Assembly (NCBI GenBank): GCA_026770705.1
Contig: JANJGN010000006.1
Coordinates: forward strand, 52,328,001-52,392,000
Source of the DNA: Isurus oxyrinchus
Lineage: Eukaryota
DNA length: 64,000 nt
Direction: 5' to 3'
How positions within the stretch are numbered: the first letter of the stretch is position 1; each line of letters starts with the position of its first letter. The notes under the pieces were generated by a model. The model saw only the letters and a list, made by a program, of their open reading frames with translations, had not been told where the DNA came from and ran no database searches. Position numbers and translations under genes: made by a program. This document shows positions 1-14,420 of this stretch, one piece after another.

Positions 1-889
1 TCTGAGCCTGATAGTGTGTTTATGATCGAATCTGTGTTTGATAAGGATTCTGAGATTGAATGCAATTCTGATAGTGAGTCTAAGAGTGAACCTGAGCTTG
101 ATAGTGTGTCTGAGAGTGTCTCTGAGTTTGATAGTGAGCCTGAGATTGAATCTAAGTCTGATAGTGTGCTTGAGATTGAATCTGAGTCTGATAGTGAGCC
201 TAAGAGTGAACCTGAGCTTGAAAGTGTATGTGAGAGTTAACCTGATTTCGATAGTGTGTCCGAGAGTGAATCTGAGTTTGATAGTGAGCTTCAAAGTGAA
301 TCTGATTTTTACAGTGAGTGTGAGAGTGCATCTCATTTTCATAGTTAGAGTGAGACTGAATCTGAGTTTGATAGGGAGCCTCATAGTGAATCTGACTTCG
401 ATAGAAAGTCTGAGAGTGCATCTGAGTTTGATTGTTAATATGAGTCTGATAGTGTGCGTAAGAGCGAATCTGAGTTTGATAAAGAATCTGAGATTGAATA
501 CAATTCTGATAGTGAGTCTGAGAGTGAACTTGAGTTTTATAGTGAGTCTGAGAGTGTCCCTGAGCTTGATAGTGAGCCTGAGAGTGAATCTAAGTTTGAT
601 AGTGTGCCTGAGTTTGAATCTGAGTCTGATAGTGTGCTTAAGATTGAATCTGAGTCTGATAGTGAGCCTAAGAGTGAACCAGAGCTTGAAAGAGTACATG
701 AGAGTTAACCTGATTTCGATAGTGAGTCCGAGAGTGAACTTGAGTTTTATAGTGTTTCTGAGAGTGTTTCTGAGCTTGATAGTGAGCCTGAGAGTGAATC
801 TGAGTTTGATAGTGTGCTTGAGATTGAATCTGAGTCTGATAGTGAACCTAAGAGTGAACCTGAGCTTGAAAGTGTACATGAGAGTTAAC

Positions 890-2105
890 CTGATTTTGAT
901 AGTGAGTCCGAGACTGAATCTGATTTTGATCTTTGGTATGAGAGAGAATCAAAGTTTGATAGTGAGCCTGAGAGTGAAACTGAGTTTGATGGCCTGAGAG
1001 TTAACCTGAGTTCGATAGTGAACCTGAGAGTGAATGCAATTCTAATCGTGAGTCTGAGAGTGAATCTGTGTTTGATATTGAGCCGGAGAGTGAATCAGAG
1101 TTTGATATTGACTCTGAGAGTGAACCTGTGTTTGATAGTGAGGTTGAGAGTGAATCTGAGTTTGACTGTGAGTTCGACAGTGAATGCAATTCTGGTAGTG
1201 AGTTGGAGAGTGAATCTGAGTCTCATATTGACTCTGAGAGTGAATCTGTGTTTGAAAGTGAGTCGGTGAGTGAACCTGAGTGTGACAGTGAGCTTGATTT
1301 GATTTCGATAGTGAACCTGAGAGTGAATTGGTGTTTGATAGTAAGCCTGACATTGGATCTGATTTTGATAGTGAGTCTGAGAGCAAAGGTGAGTCTGATA
1401 ATGAGTCTGAGAGTGAAACTGAGTTGGAGATTGACTCTGAGATGAAGTCTTATTTTATTAGTGAGCTTCAGAGTTAGTCTGAGTTCGGAAGTGTGCCTGA
1501 GAGTGAATCTGATTTTGATAGTGAGTCCGAGACTGAATCTGATTTTGATCTTTGATATGAGTGAGAATCAAAGTTTGATAGTGAACCTGAGAGTGAACCT
1601 GAGTTTGATAGTGAACCTGACAGTGAATACAATTCTAATCGTGAGTCTGAGAGTGAATCTGAGTTTGATATTGAGCCGGAGAGTGAATCAGAGTTTGATA
1701 TTGACTCTGAGAGTGAACCTGTGTTTGATAGTGAGGCTGAGATTGAATCTGAGTTTGACTGTGAGTTCGACAGTTAATGCAATTCTGGTTGTGAGTTGGA
1801 GAGTGAATCTGAGTCTCATATTGACTCTGAGAGTGAATCTGTGTTTGAAAGTGAGTCGGTGAGTGAACCTGAGTGTGACAGTTAGCTTGATTTGATTTCG
1901 ATAGTGAACCTGAGAGTGAATTGGTGTTTGATAGTAAGCCTGACATTGGATCTGATTTTGATAGTGAGTCTGAGAGCAAAGGTGAGTCTGATAATGAGTC
2001 TGAGAGTGAAACTGAGTTGGAGATTGACTCTGAGATGAAGTCTTATTTTATTAGTGAGCTTCAGAGTTAGTCTAAGTTTGGAAGTGTGCCTGAGAGTGAA
2101 TCTGA
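890..2105 (+). repeat. Tandem duplication within the satellite, period ~593-619 bp (2 copies)
   Basis: ORFs 1042-1386 and 1635-1979 are near-identical (offset 593). The rare words GTAAGCCTGACATTGGATC and GATGAAGTCTTATTTTATTAG occur in both copies. Confidence 0.85.
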
Positions 2106-5100
2106 GTTTGTTATTGAGTCTGAGGGTGAATGCAATTCTGATAGTGAATCTGAATTTATATCTGAGTTCAACTGTGAGTCTAAGATGGAATCTGAGTTTG
2201 ATAGTAAGGATGTGAGTCAACCGAGCTTGATAGTGAATCTGAGACTGAATCTGAGTTTGATAGTGAGCTTGAGTGAATCTGAGACTGATAGTGAGCCTAA
2301 GAGTGAACCTGAGTTTGAAGTGAGTCTGAGAGTGAACCTGAGCTTGAAAGTGAGTCTGATAGTGAATCTGAGTTTGATAGCATGCCTAAGAGTGAACCTG
2401 AGTTTGATAGTGTGCTTGAGAGTGAATATGAGTCTGATAATGAGCCTAAGAGTGAACCTGAGTTTGACAGTGAGTCTGAGATTGAATCTGAGCTTGATAG
2501 TGAGTCTGACAGTGAATCTGAGTTTGATAGTGAGCTTCAAAGTTAATCTGATTTTGATAGTGAGTGTGAGAGTGCATTTGGTTTTCATGGTGAGAGTGAG
2601 ACTGAATCTGAGTTTGATAGGGAGCCTCAAAGTGAAGCTGACTTTGATAGAGGGTCTGAGAGTATATCTGTGTTAGATTGTTAATTTGAGTCGGATAGTG
2701 TGCGTAAGAGCAAATCTGAGTTTGATAAAGAATCTGAGATGTGATACAATTCTGATAGTGATTCTGAGAGTGAACCTGAATTTTATAGTGAGTCTGAGAG
2801 TGACTCTGAGCTTGATAGAGTCTGAGAGTGAATCTGAGTTCGATAGTGAACATGAGAGCGAATCTGAACTTTATAGTGACCCTCAAAATGAATCTGATTT
2901 TGATAGTGAGTGAGAGTGAATCTGATTTTGATAATGAGTGTGAGACTGAGCAAAATTTGGTTGCAAGCCTCAAAGTGAATCTGACTTTGATAGTGAGTCT
3001 GAGTGAACCTGAGTTTGATAGTTTGAGAGGGAATATGAGTTTTGTAGTGAGTCTGAGAGTCAATCTGAGTTTGATAGTAAGTTTGACATTGAGTCCAATT
3101 CTGATATTGAGTTGGGGAGTGAATCTGAGCCTGATGGTAACTCAGAGACAGAATCTCATTTTGATAGCGGGCTTCAGAGTAAGTCTGAGTTTGGTAGTGT
3201 GGCTGAGAGTGAATCTGATTTTGAAAGTAAGGCTGAGAGTGAATCTGTGTTTGATAGAGAGTTTGAGAGTGAATCTCATTTTCATAGTGAGTTTGAGAAT
3301 GAATTGCATTCTCATAATGCATCTGATAGCGAATCTTGTGATAGTGCATCTGAGATTGAATCAGAGTGTGTTAGTGATTCTGAGAGTGAATCTGAGTTTG
3401 AAATTGAGTCTGAGGGTGAATGCAATTCTGATAGTTAATCGGAGATTAAATCTGGGTTTAATTGTGAGTCTAAGATGGTATCTGAGTTTGATAGTAAGGA
3501 TGAGAGTCAACCAAGTTTGATAATGAATCTGAGACTGAATCTGATTTTGATAGTGAGCTGAGGAATGAATCTGAGTTTGATAGTGAGCCTGAGAGTAAAT
3601 GTGAGTTTGGTAGTGAGTCTGAGAGCAAAACTGAGATTGATATTATACCTGAGAGTGAATCTGAGTTAGATAGTGAACCTGAGAATGAATCTGTTTTTGA
3701 GAGTGAGTCTGAGGGTGAATCTGAGTTTGATAGTGTGTCTGAGAGTGAATCTGAGTTTGATAATGAGTCTGAGGTGAATGCAATTCTGATAGTGAGTCTG
3801 ACAATGAATCTGAGTTTGATAGTGAGCTTTTGATCATGCGTCTGAAAGTGTCTCTGTGTCTGATTGCTTCTCTGAGAGAGGATCTGAGTTTGATGGTAAG
3901 GATGCATGAATCTGAGTCTGATAGTGTGCCTGAGATTGAATCTGATTTTGATATTGAGTCTGAAAGTGAATCAGAGTTTGATCTTGCGCTTGAGAGTGAA
4001 TCTTAGTTTGATAGTGAGTCTGAGAGTGAATCCAAGTTCAATAGTGTGTCTGAGAGTGAGTCTGAGTTTCATGGTTCATAAAGTGAATCTTTGTTTGATA
4101 GTGTGGCTAATAGTGAATCTAAATTTGATGGTGAATCTGAGAGTGAATTTGTTGTTGATTGTGAGTCTGAGAGTGAATCTGACTCTGATGGTGACTCTGA
4201 GATGAAATCTCATTTTGACAGTGAGCTTGAGAGTTAGTCTGAATTTGAAAGTGTAGCTGAGTGAATCTGATTTCAATAGTGAGTCTGAGAGGGAGTCTGA
4301 TTTTGATAGTGACTATGTGAGTGAATCCGAGCTTGATAGTGAGCTTGAGAGCAAATCTTAGTTAGATAATGAATCTGAGAGTGAATCTGAGTTTGAAAGT
4401 CAGAGTGAGAGTGAATCTGATATTGATAGATAGCCTGAGAGTGAGCCTGAGTTTGATAATGAACCTGACAGTGCATTTGAGCTTGATAGTGAATCTGAGA
4501 GTGAATCTATTTTTGATTGTGATTCTGAGAGTGAATCTGAGTTTGATAGTGAGCTTGAGAATGAATCTCAGTTTCACGGTGAGTTTCAAAGTGAATTAGA
4601 GTCTCACAGTGAGTGACGGTGAATCTTGTTCTGATAGTGTGCCTGCGAATGAATTTGAGTTCGATATTGCGTCTGAGAGTGACTCTGAGTTGGATAGTGT
4701 ATCTGAGGAAGAATCTCATTTTGATAGCGAGCTAGAGCTTCAGTCTGAGTTTTAAAGTGAGCCTGAGAGCGAATCTGATTTTGTTAGTGAATCTTGGAGT
4801 AAATCAGAGTTTGATAGTGAGCTTGAGAGTGAATCTGACTTTGCTAGTAGGTCTGAGGGTGAATCTGAGTTTGGTAGTGCATCAGAGAGTGAACCTGAGT
4901 TTGATAGTGGACCTGAGAGTGAATTTAAGTTTGATAGTGAGGCTGAGAGTGGATGTGAATTAGTTATTGTGGTGGAGAATTGAATCTGATTTTGATAGTG
5001 AGTCTAAGAGTGAATTGGAATCTGATAGAGAGTCTGACAATGAACCTGAATTTTATATAGAGTTTGAGAGTGAATCTGATTTTGATAGCGAATCTGAGAG

Positions 5101-8100
5101 TGAATCTGATTTTGATAGCGAATCTGAGAGACATTCTGAGTCTGATAGCATGCCTGAGAGTGAATCTGATTTTGATATTGAGCCTGAGAGTGAAATTTAT
5201 TTTGATAGAGTCTGAGAGTGAATCTGAGTTTGGTAGTGAGTCTGATAGTGAATCTAATTCTGACAGTGAGTTGGAGATTGAATCTGAGCCGAATGGTGAC
5301 TCTGAAACTGAATGTCATTTTGATACAGGGCTTCAGAGTTAGTCTGCATTTGATAGTGTGCCTGACAGTGAGTCTGATTTCGATAGTGAATCTTACATCA
5401 AATCTGAGCTTGATGGTGAGTTTGATAGTGAATTTGAGTTTGATAGCCTGAATGTGAATCAGAGTGTGATAGTAATTCTGAAAGCAAATTTGAATTTGTT
5501 TGTGAGGTTGAGAGTGAATCTGAGGTTGATAGTGAGCTGTGAGTGAATCTGAGATTTGTTGTGAGTTTGAGAGTGAATCTGAGTTTGATAGTGAGTTCGA
5601 AAGTGAATCCAATTCTGATAGTGAGTTGGAGAGTGAATCTGAATCTGATGGTGAGTCTGAGGCTGAATCTCAATTTGCTAGTTGGCTTCACAGGTATGCT
5701 GAGTTTTATAGTGTGCCTGAGAGTGAGTCTGATTCGGATTGTGAGTTTGGGAGCAAATCTGAGTTTGATAGTGAGTCTGACAGTGATTTACGAGTTTCAT
5801 AGCGTGTCTGTGAATGAATCTGAGTCTGACAGTGACTCTGAGATAAAATCTCATTTAGATAGTGAGCTTGAGAGTTAGCCTGAGTTTGATAATGAACCTG
5901 AGAGTGAACCTGTATTTGATAATGAATCTGAGAGTGAATCTGAATTTGATAGTGAGCCTTAGAGTGAATCTGAGTTTGATAATGAGTCTGAGAGTGAATC
6001 TGAATTTCATGGCATGAGAGTGAATCTGAGTTTTATAGTGAGTCTCAAAATGAATTGAAATCTGATTGTGAATCTGATAGTGAACCTGAGTTTGATGGTG
6101 GATCTGAGAGTGAATCTAAGCTTGATAGTGAGTTTGAGAGTGAATGTGAATTAGTTATTGTGACAGAGAAGTGAATCTGATTTTGATAGTGAGCCTGAGA
6201 GTAAATTGGAATCGAATAGTTAGTCTGACAGTGAATCTGAGTTTGATAGTGAACCTGAGAGTGAATCTAAGTTTGGTAGTGAGGTTGAGAGTGAATCTGA
6301 CTTTGATAGAGATTCCAAAAGTGATTATGAGTTTGATAGTGAGTCTGACAGTGAATCCAATTCTGATAGTGAGTTGGATAGTGAATTTGAGTCTGATGGT
6401 GAGCCACAGGCAGAATCTCATTTTGATAGTGGGAGTCAGAGTTGATTTGAATTTGATAGTGTGGCTGAGAGTGAGTCTGATTTCAGGAGTGAACCTGACT
6501 TCAAATGAGTTTTATGGTAAGCCTGAGAGTGAGTCACAGTCTGCTTGTGAGTCTGGGAGCGAATCTGAGTTTGAAAGAGAGTCTGACAGTGAATCAGAGC
6601 TTGATAGTGAGCTTCAGAGTGAATCTGAGGATGATAGTGAGTCTGAGAGTAAATCTGAATTTGGTAGTGAGTCTGAGAGTGGACCTGAGTTTGATAATTT
6701 GTCTGAGAGTGAATCAGTGATCGATACAGTGAATCTGAGTTTGATAGTGAGCTTGACAGTGAATCTGAGTTTGATAGTGGATATGAGAGTGAATCTAAGT
6801 TTGATTGTGAGGTTCAGAGTGAATGTGAATTAGTTATTGTGACAGAGAAGTGAACCTGATTTTGATAGTGAGCTTGAGAGTGAATTGGAATCGAATAGTT
6901 AGTCTGACATTGAATCTGAAATTGATAGTGCATCTGAGAGTGAATCTGATTTCAATGGAGAGTCTGTTAGTAAATCTGAGTTTGATAGTGAGTCTCAGAA
7001 TGAATCTGTGTTTGATAGTGTGTCTGAGAGTAAATCTGTGTTAGTCTGAGAGTGAATCTAAGTTTGATAGTGAGGGTGAGAGTGAATGTGAATTAGTGTG
7101 ACAGAGAGTGAATCTGATATGGGTAGTGTCTGAGAGTGCAATGGAATCTGACAGTATGTCTGACATTGAATCTGAATTTAATAGGGTGTCTGAGAGTGAA
7201 CCAGGTTTTGATAGCAAGCTTGAGAGTCAATGTGAGCCTGATAGCGTGTCTGAGAATGAATCTCAGTTAATAGTAAGACTGAGAGTGAATCTGGTTTCGA
7301 TAGAGTCTGAGAGTGAATTTGAGTTTGACAGTGAGTCTGAGAGTGAATCTGATTTTGTTAGTTCGTCTGAGAGTGAACCTGAGTTTGATAGTGAGGTTGA
7401 GAGTGAATCTGAGTTTGATTGCCTGATAGTGAATCTGATTTTGAGAGGGAGTCTGAGAGAGTACCACATGTCGATTGTGAATCTGACATTGAATCTGAGT
7501 TTGATAGTGACTCTGAGGTGAAATCGCATTTAGATAGTGAGCTTGAGAGTTAGTTTGCGTTCGAAAGTGTGCTTGAGAATGAATCAGATTTCGATAGTGA
7601 ATATGGGAGTGAGTCAGAGTTTGATAGTGAGCTTGAGAATGAATCTGAGTTTAATCATGGGTCTGAGAGTGAATCTGATATTGATCGAGTGCCTGAGAGT
7701 GAATTAGAGTTTGATAGCGAGCTTGAGAGTGAATGTGACTTGGATAGTGAATCTGGAAGTGAATCAGAGTTTGATAGTGAAATTGTGAGTGAATCTGAGT
7801 TTAATTGTGAGCCTGAGAGTGAATCTGAGTTTAATAGTGAGTCTGAGAGTGAATCCAATTCTGGTAGTGAGTCTGAATCTGAGTGTGATACTGCGTCTGA
7901 AAGTGAATCTGATTTTGACAGTCAGAAAGAGAATCTGAGTTTGATAGTGAGTCTGACAGTGAATCCAATTCTGGTAATGAGTCTGAATCTCAGTTTGATA
8001 GAGTCAGAGAGAGAATCTGAGTTTGATAGTGAGTCTGACAGTGAATCTAATTCTGATAGTGAATCTGAGCCTGATGGTGAGTCTGCGACAGAATCTCATT

Positions 8101-11100
8101 TTGATAATAGGCTTCAGAGTTAGTCTGAATTTCATTATATGCCTGCGAGTGAGTCTGATTTCAACAGTGAATCTGACATTAAATCTGAGTTTGATGGTGA
8201 GCCTGAGAGTGAGTCAGAGTCTGATCGTGATTCTGGGAGTGTCTCTGAGTTTGATAGTGAATCAGGGCTTTGTAGTGAGGCTGAGAGCAAATCTGAATTT
8301 GATGGTGAGGCTGAGAGTGAATCTGAGGTTGATAGCAAGCCTGACAGTGAATCCAAACCTGATGATTCTGATAGTGAACCTGCTTTTGATAGTGTATCTG
8401 TGAATGAGTCTGAGTTTCATAGTCTGAAAGTGAATGAGAGACCCTGAGACAAAATCTCATTTCGTTGGTGAACTTGAGAGTTAGTCTGAGTTTGAAAGTG
8501 TGCCTGAGAGCGAATCAGAATTCGATAGTTAGTCTGAGAGTGAATCTGATTTTGATAGCAAGCCTGAGAGTGAATCAGAGTTTAGTGTTGAGTCTGAGCG
8601 TGAATCTCAGTTTGATAGCTTGGGAGTGAATCTGAGTTTGATAGTGAATCTGAGAGTGAATCTGTGTTTGATCATGAGTCTGAGAATGAATCTGAGTTAG
8701 ATAGTGAGTCTGACAGTGAATCCAATTTTGATAGTTAGTTGGAGAGTGAATCTGAGTTTGATGGTGACAGTGAGACAGAATCTCGCTTTGATAGTGAGCT
8801 TCAGAGTTAGTCTGAGTTTGACAGTGTGCCTGAGAGTGAATCAGATTTCAACAGTGAGAGTGAGAGTGAATCTGAGTTTGATTGTAAGTATGAGAGTGAA
8901 TCTGAATTTGACAATGAGGCTGAGACTGAATCTGAGTTTGATATTGAGTCTGATAGAGAATCTGTGTTTGATAGTGAGTCTGATTGAATCTAAGTTTGAT
9001 AGTGTGTCTGAGAGTGAATTTGCATTCGATAGTGAGTCTGAGAGTTAATCTGAGTTTGATAGCCTGGGAGTGAATCTGAGTTTGATAGTGAGTCTGAGAA
9101 TGGATCTGATTTCGATAGAGTGAGAGTGAATCTAAATTTGGTAGTGAGTCTGGCAGCGAATCTGAGTTTGATAGTGTATCTGAGAGTGGATCTAAGTTTG
9201 ATAGTGAGGTCAAGAATTAATGTGAACTAATTAGTGTGATGGAGAGTGGATCTGATTTTAGTAGTGTGTCTGAGAGTGATTTGGAATTTGCTAGTGAGTC
9301 AGGCATTGAATCTGAGTTTGATAGTGCATCTGACAGTGAATCCGGTGAAGGTGAGTTGGAGAGGGAATCTGAATCTGATGGTAACTCTGAGACAGAATGT
9401 CACTTTGATAGTCGTCTTCAGAGTTCGTCTGAGTTTGATCGTGTGCCTGAGAGTGAATCTGATTTTGACAGTGAGTGGGAGAGTGAATCTGAGTTTGATT
9501 GTGAGTCTGAGAGTGAATCTAAGTTTGATTGTGAGGTCAAGAGTTAATGTGAATTAGATAATGTGACGGAGAGTGCATCTGGTTTCAATCATGGACCTGA
9601 GAGTGATTTGGAATCTGTTAGTGAGTCTGACATTGAATCTGAGTTTGATAGTGCATCTAACAGTGAATCCAATGCTGATAGTGAGTTGGAGCGTGAATCT
9701 GAATCTGATGGTGAGTCTGAGACAGAATGCCATTTTGATAGTGGGCTTCAGAGTTCATCTGAGTTTGATAGTGTGCCTGAGAGTGAATCTGATTTCAAAA
9801 GTGAATCTGACCGCAAAACTGAGTTTCATGGTGGGCCTGAGAGCGAATCCAAGTCTGGTAGTGAGCCTGGGAGTGAATCTGAGTATGATAGTGAATCAGA
9901 GCTTGATAGTGAATCAGAGCTTGATAATGATTCTGAGAGCAAATCTGACTTTGATGCTGAGGCTGAGAGTGAATCTGAGTTTGATAGTGAGTCTGAGAGC
10001 CAATCTGAGTTTGATAGTCTGAGAGTGTATCTGAGTTTGATAGTCTGGGAGTGAATCTGAGTTTGAGAGTGATCCAGATAGTGATTCTGAGTTTGATAGT
10101 GAATCTGAGAATGAATGTGTTTGATATTGAGTCTGAGAGTGAATCTGGATTTGGTATTGAGACTGAGAGTGAATCTAAGTTTGATAGTGAGCCACAAAAT
10201 GAATGTGATTTCTATAGATAGTCTGAGAGTGAATCTGGGTTTGATAGTGTGTCTGGGAGTGAATCTGAGTTTGATAGTATGGGAGCAAACCTGAGTTTGA
10301 GAGTGAGTCAGATAGTGATTCTGAGTTTGATACTGAGCCGGAGAATGAATCTAAGTTTGTTACTGTCTGAGAGTGAATCTGAGTTTGATAGTTTGAGAGT
10401 GAATTTGAGCTGGATAGTGAGTCTGAAAGTGAATCTGATTTTGATAGAGTGACTGAGAGTGAAGCTAAGCTAGATAGTGAGTCTGACAGTGAATCCAATT
10501 CTGATAGTGAGTTGGAGAGTGAGCCAGATTGTGATTCTGAGTTTTATAGTGAATCTGAGAATCAATCTGTGTTTGATATTGAGTCTAAGGGTGAATCCGA
10601 GTTTGAATGTGTCTGAGAGTGAATCTGAGTTTAGTATTGAGACTGAGAGTGAATCTGAGTTTGATAGTGAGGCTCGAAATGAATCTGATTTTGATAGATA
10701 GTCTGAGAGTAAATCTGAGTTTTATAACATGGGTGCGAATTTGAGCTTGATAGTGAGTCTGACAGTGAATCCAATTCGTGAGTTGGAAAGTGAACCTGAG
10801 CTTGATGCTGACACTGACACAGAATTACATTTTGAATGTTAGCCTTAGAGTTAGCCTGAGATTGATAGTGTACCTGACAGTGAATCTGATTGTGACATTT
10901 AGAATAAGAGTGAATCAGATTTTGACAGCAAGCCTGAGGATGAATCTGAGTTTGGTATTGAGTCTGAGAGTGAATCTGAGTTTGATAGTGAGGGTCAAAG
11001 TGAATGTGAGTTTGATAGGGAGCCTCAAAGTGTATCTGAGTTTGACAGTGTGAGTCAGAGTGAATCCGAGTTTGATAGAGAGCCTCAAAGCAAATCTGAA

Positions 11101-13987
11101 TTTGATAGTGAGGGTCAGAGTGAATCTGAGTTTGATAGTGAGCCTCAAAGTGAATCTGAGTTCAATAGGTATTCTGAGACCAATCTGAGTTTGATAGTCT
11201 GAGAGTGAATTGGAGTTTGATAGTGAGTCTGAGAGTGAATCTGAATTTGATAGTGAGCCTCAGATTGAATCTGATTGCGACAGATATTCAAAGAGCCAAT
11301 CTCAATTTGATAGTCTGAGAGTGAATCTGTTTTTGACAGTGAGTCTGTGAGCGAATCTGAGTTTGAATTTGTCTGAGTGTGAATCTGAGTTTGATAGTGA
11401 GCCTCAAAATGAATCTAATTTCGATAGATAGTCTGAGAGTGAATCCGAATTTAATAGCATGAGAGTGAATTTGAGCTTGATGATGAGTCTGAGAGTGAAT
11501 CTGATTTCTATGGAGTGACTGAGAGTGAATCTGAATTAGATAGTGAGTCTGACAGTGAATCCAATTATGATTGTGTTGGAGAGTGAATCTGAGTTTGATG
11601 GTGATATTGAGACAGAATCTCATTTTGACATTGAGATTCAAAGTTAGCTTGAGTTTGATAGTGTACCTGAGAGTGAAACTGATTTTGATAGTTAGAATAA
11701 GAGTGAATTGGATTTTGATAGTGAGCTTGAGGATGAATCTGAGTTTGATAGTGAGCCTCAAAGTGAATCTGATTTCGATAGATATTCTGAGAACCAATCT
11801 GAATTTGATAGTCTGAGAGTGAATCTGAGTTTGACAGTGGATCTGAGAGTGAATCTAAGTTTGACAGTGAGGTTGAGAGAGAACGTGAGTTAGATAATGT
11901 GATGGAGAGCGAACCTGATTTTGTAATGATTCTGAGAGTGAATTGGAATATGATAGTGAGTCTGACATTGAATCTGAGTTTGGTCGTGCATCTGAGAATG
12001 ATACTGAGTTTGATAGCCTGAAAGTGAGTCAGAGTGTGATAGTGACTCTGAGAAAAAAATCCCAATTTGATAGTGAGCTTGAGAATTACTCTGAGATTGA
12101 TGGTGAGCCGGAGAGTGAATCTGATTTCAATAGTGAGCATGAGAATGATTCTGATTATGAAATTGATTCTGACAGTGAATCACTGTTTGATATTGAGCTT
12201 GAGAGTGAATCATAGTTTGATTGTTATTCTGAGAGTGACCCTGAGTTTGATATTGACTCTGAGGGTGAATCTGAGTTGGATAGTGTCACTGGGGCTGAAT
12301 CTAATTTTGATAGTGTGCTTGGGAGTTAATCTGAGTTTGAAAGTGCGGCTCAGAATGAATCTGATTTAACAGTGTATCTGACAATGAATCTGAATTTGAT
12401 AGTGAGCTTTAAAGCCAATCAGAGTTTGATACTCAGCTTGAGAATGAATCTGAGTTTGATAGTGAGTCTTACAGTGAACGTGAGTTTGATAGTGGATCTG
12501 AGAGTGAATCTAAGTTTGATAGTGAGTTTGAGAGTGAATGTGAATTAGTGTGACAGAGTGAATCTGATTTTGAGAGTTTGTCTGTGAGTGAATTGAAATC
12601 TGACAGTGAGTCTGGCATTGATTCAGAGTTTGATAGTGCACCTGAGAGTGAATCTGATTTTGATAGCATGTCTGAAATTCAATCTGAGCCTGATAGTATG
12701 CCTGAGAGCGAACCTGAATTTGATAGTATGTCTGAGAGTGAATCTAAGTTTGATAGTGAGTCTGAGAGTGAATCTGATTTCAACGGATAGTCTGAGAGTG
12801 AATCTGAGTTTGATAGTGAGCCTGAGAGGAATTCTGATTTCAATAGAGATCCTGAGAGTGAATCTGAATTTGATAGTGTGAGAGTGAATCTGAGATGGAG
12901 TGTAAGTCTGTGAGTGAATCTGATTTCGCTGGTGAGACTGAGAATGATTCTGAGTTAGATAGTGAGTCTGATTGTGAATCCAATTCCGATACTGATTTGG
13001 AGAGTGAATCTGATTTTGATGGTGACTCTGAAACAGAATCTCATTTTGATAGTGAGCTTCAGAATTAGTCTGAGTTTGTTCAAATGCTTGCATGTGAATC
13101 AGATTTCAACAATGAGTGTGAGAGTGAATCTGAGTTTGATAGTGAATCTGACAGTATGTCTGAGTTTCAGTGTGAGTCTGAGATTGAATTTGAATTTGAT
13201 ACTGAGATTGAGAGTGAATTTCAGTTTGAAATTGAGCCTGAGAGTGAATCTGATTTCAATAGAGAGGCTGAGAGTGAATCTGACTTTAATAATGAATCTG
13301 AGAGCGAATCTATGTTTGATGATGAGCTTGAGAGTGAAACGGAGTTTAATAGCATGGCGGAGAGTAAATCTGAGTTTGGTATTGAGCCTGAGAGTAAATC
13401 TGAGTTTGATGGTGAGCCTCAAATTGAATCTGAGCTTGATAGTGAGCTTGAGAGTGAATCTGAGCTTGACAGTGAGCCTCAAAGTGAATGGGATTTCGAT
13501 AGATTGTCTGAGAGTGAATCAGAATTTGATAGTCTGAGAGTGAATCTGATTTCGATAGAGTGATTGAGAGCAAACCTGTATTAGGTAGTGAGTCTGACTG
13601 TGAATCTAATTCTGATAGTGAGTTGAAGAGTGATTCAAAGTTTGCTAGTGAGTCTGAGAGTGGATCTGAGTTTGCTCATGTTTCTGAGAGTGAATCAGAG
13701 ATCGATAGTGAACCTGACAGTGCATCTGAGTTTGATCGTGGATCTTAGAGTGAATCTAATTTTGACAGTGAGGTTGAGAGAGAATGCAAGTTAGAGAATG
13801 TGACAGAGAGTGAATCTGATTCTGATAGTGATTCTGGGAGTGAATTGGAATTCGATAGTGAGTCTGACATGAATCTGCATTTGATTGTGCATCTCAGAGT
13901 AAATCAGACTGTGATAGTGACTCTGAGACAAATTCCTATTTTGACAGTGAGCTTGAGAGTTTCTCTGAGTTAGAATGTGAGCCTGAG

Positions 13988-14420
13988 AATCTGATTTTGA
14001 CAGTGATTCTGAAAGTGAATCTGATTTTGATAATGACAGTGAGGGTGAATCAATGTTTTATAGTGAGCTTGATAGTGAATCTTACTTTGATAGTGAGTCT
14101 GAGAGTGGATCTGATTTCAATAGAGAGTCTGAGAGTAAATCTTAGTCTGATAGTGTGTCTGAGAGTTACTCTGAGTTTGATAGTAAGCCTGAGAGTGAAT
14201 CTGATTTTGACAGTGATTCTGAAAGTGAATCTGATTTTGATAGTGACAGTGAGGGTGAATCAGTGTTTTATAGTGAGCTTGATAGTGAATCTTACTTTGA
14301 TAGTGAGTCTGAGAGTAGATCTGATTTTAATAGAAAGTCTGAGAGTGAATCTTAGTCTGACAGCATGTCTGAGAGTTACTCTGAGTTTGATAGTAAGCCT
14401 GAGAGTGAATCTGACTTTGA
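13988..14420 (+). repeat. 210-bp tandem duplication (7 x 30 bp)
   Basis: GAAAGTGAATCTGATTTTGA starts at 14011 and 14221. The variants CTTACTTTG, CTTAGTCTG and GAGAGTTACT are each shared at +210. Confidence 0.85.
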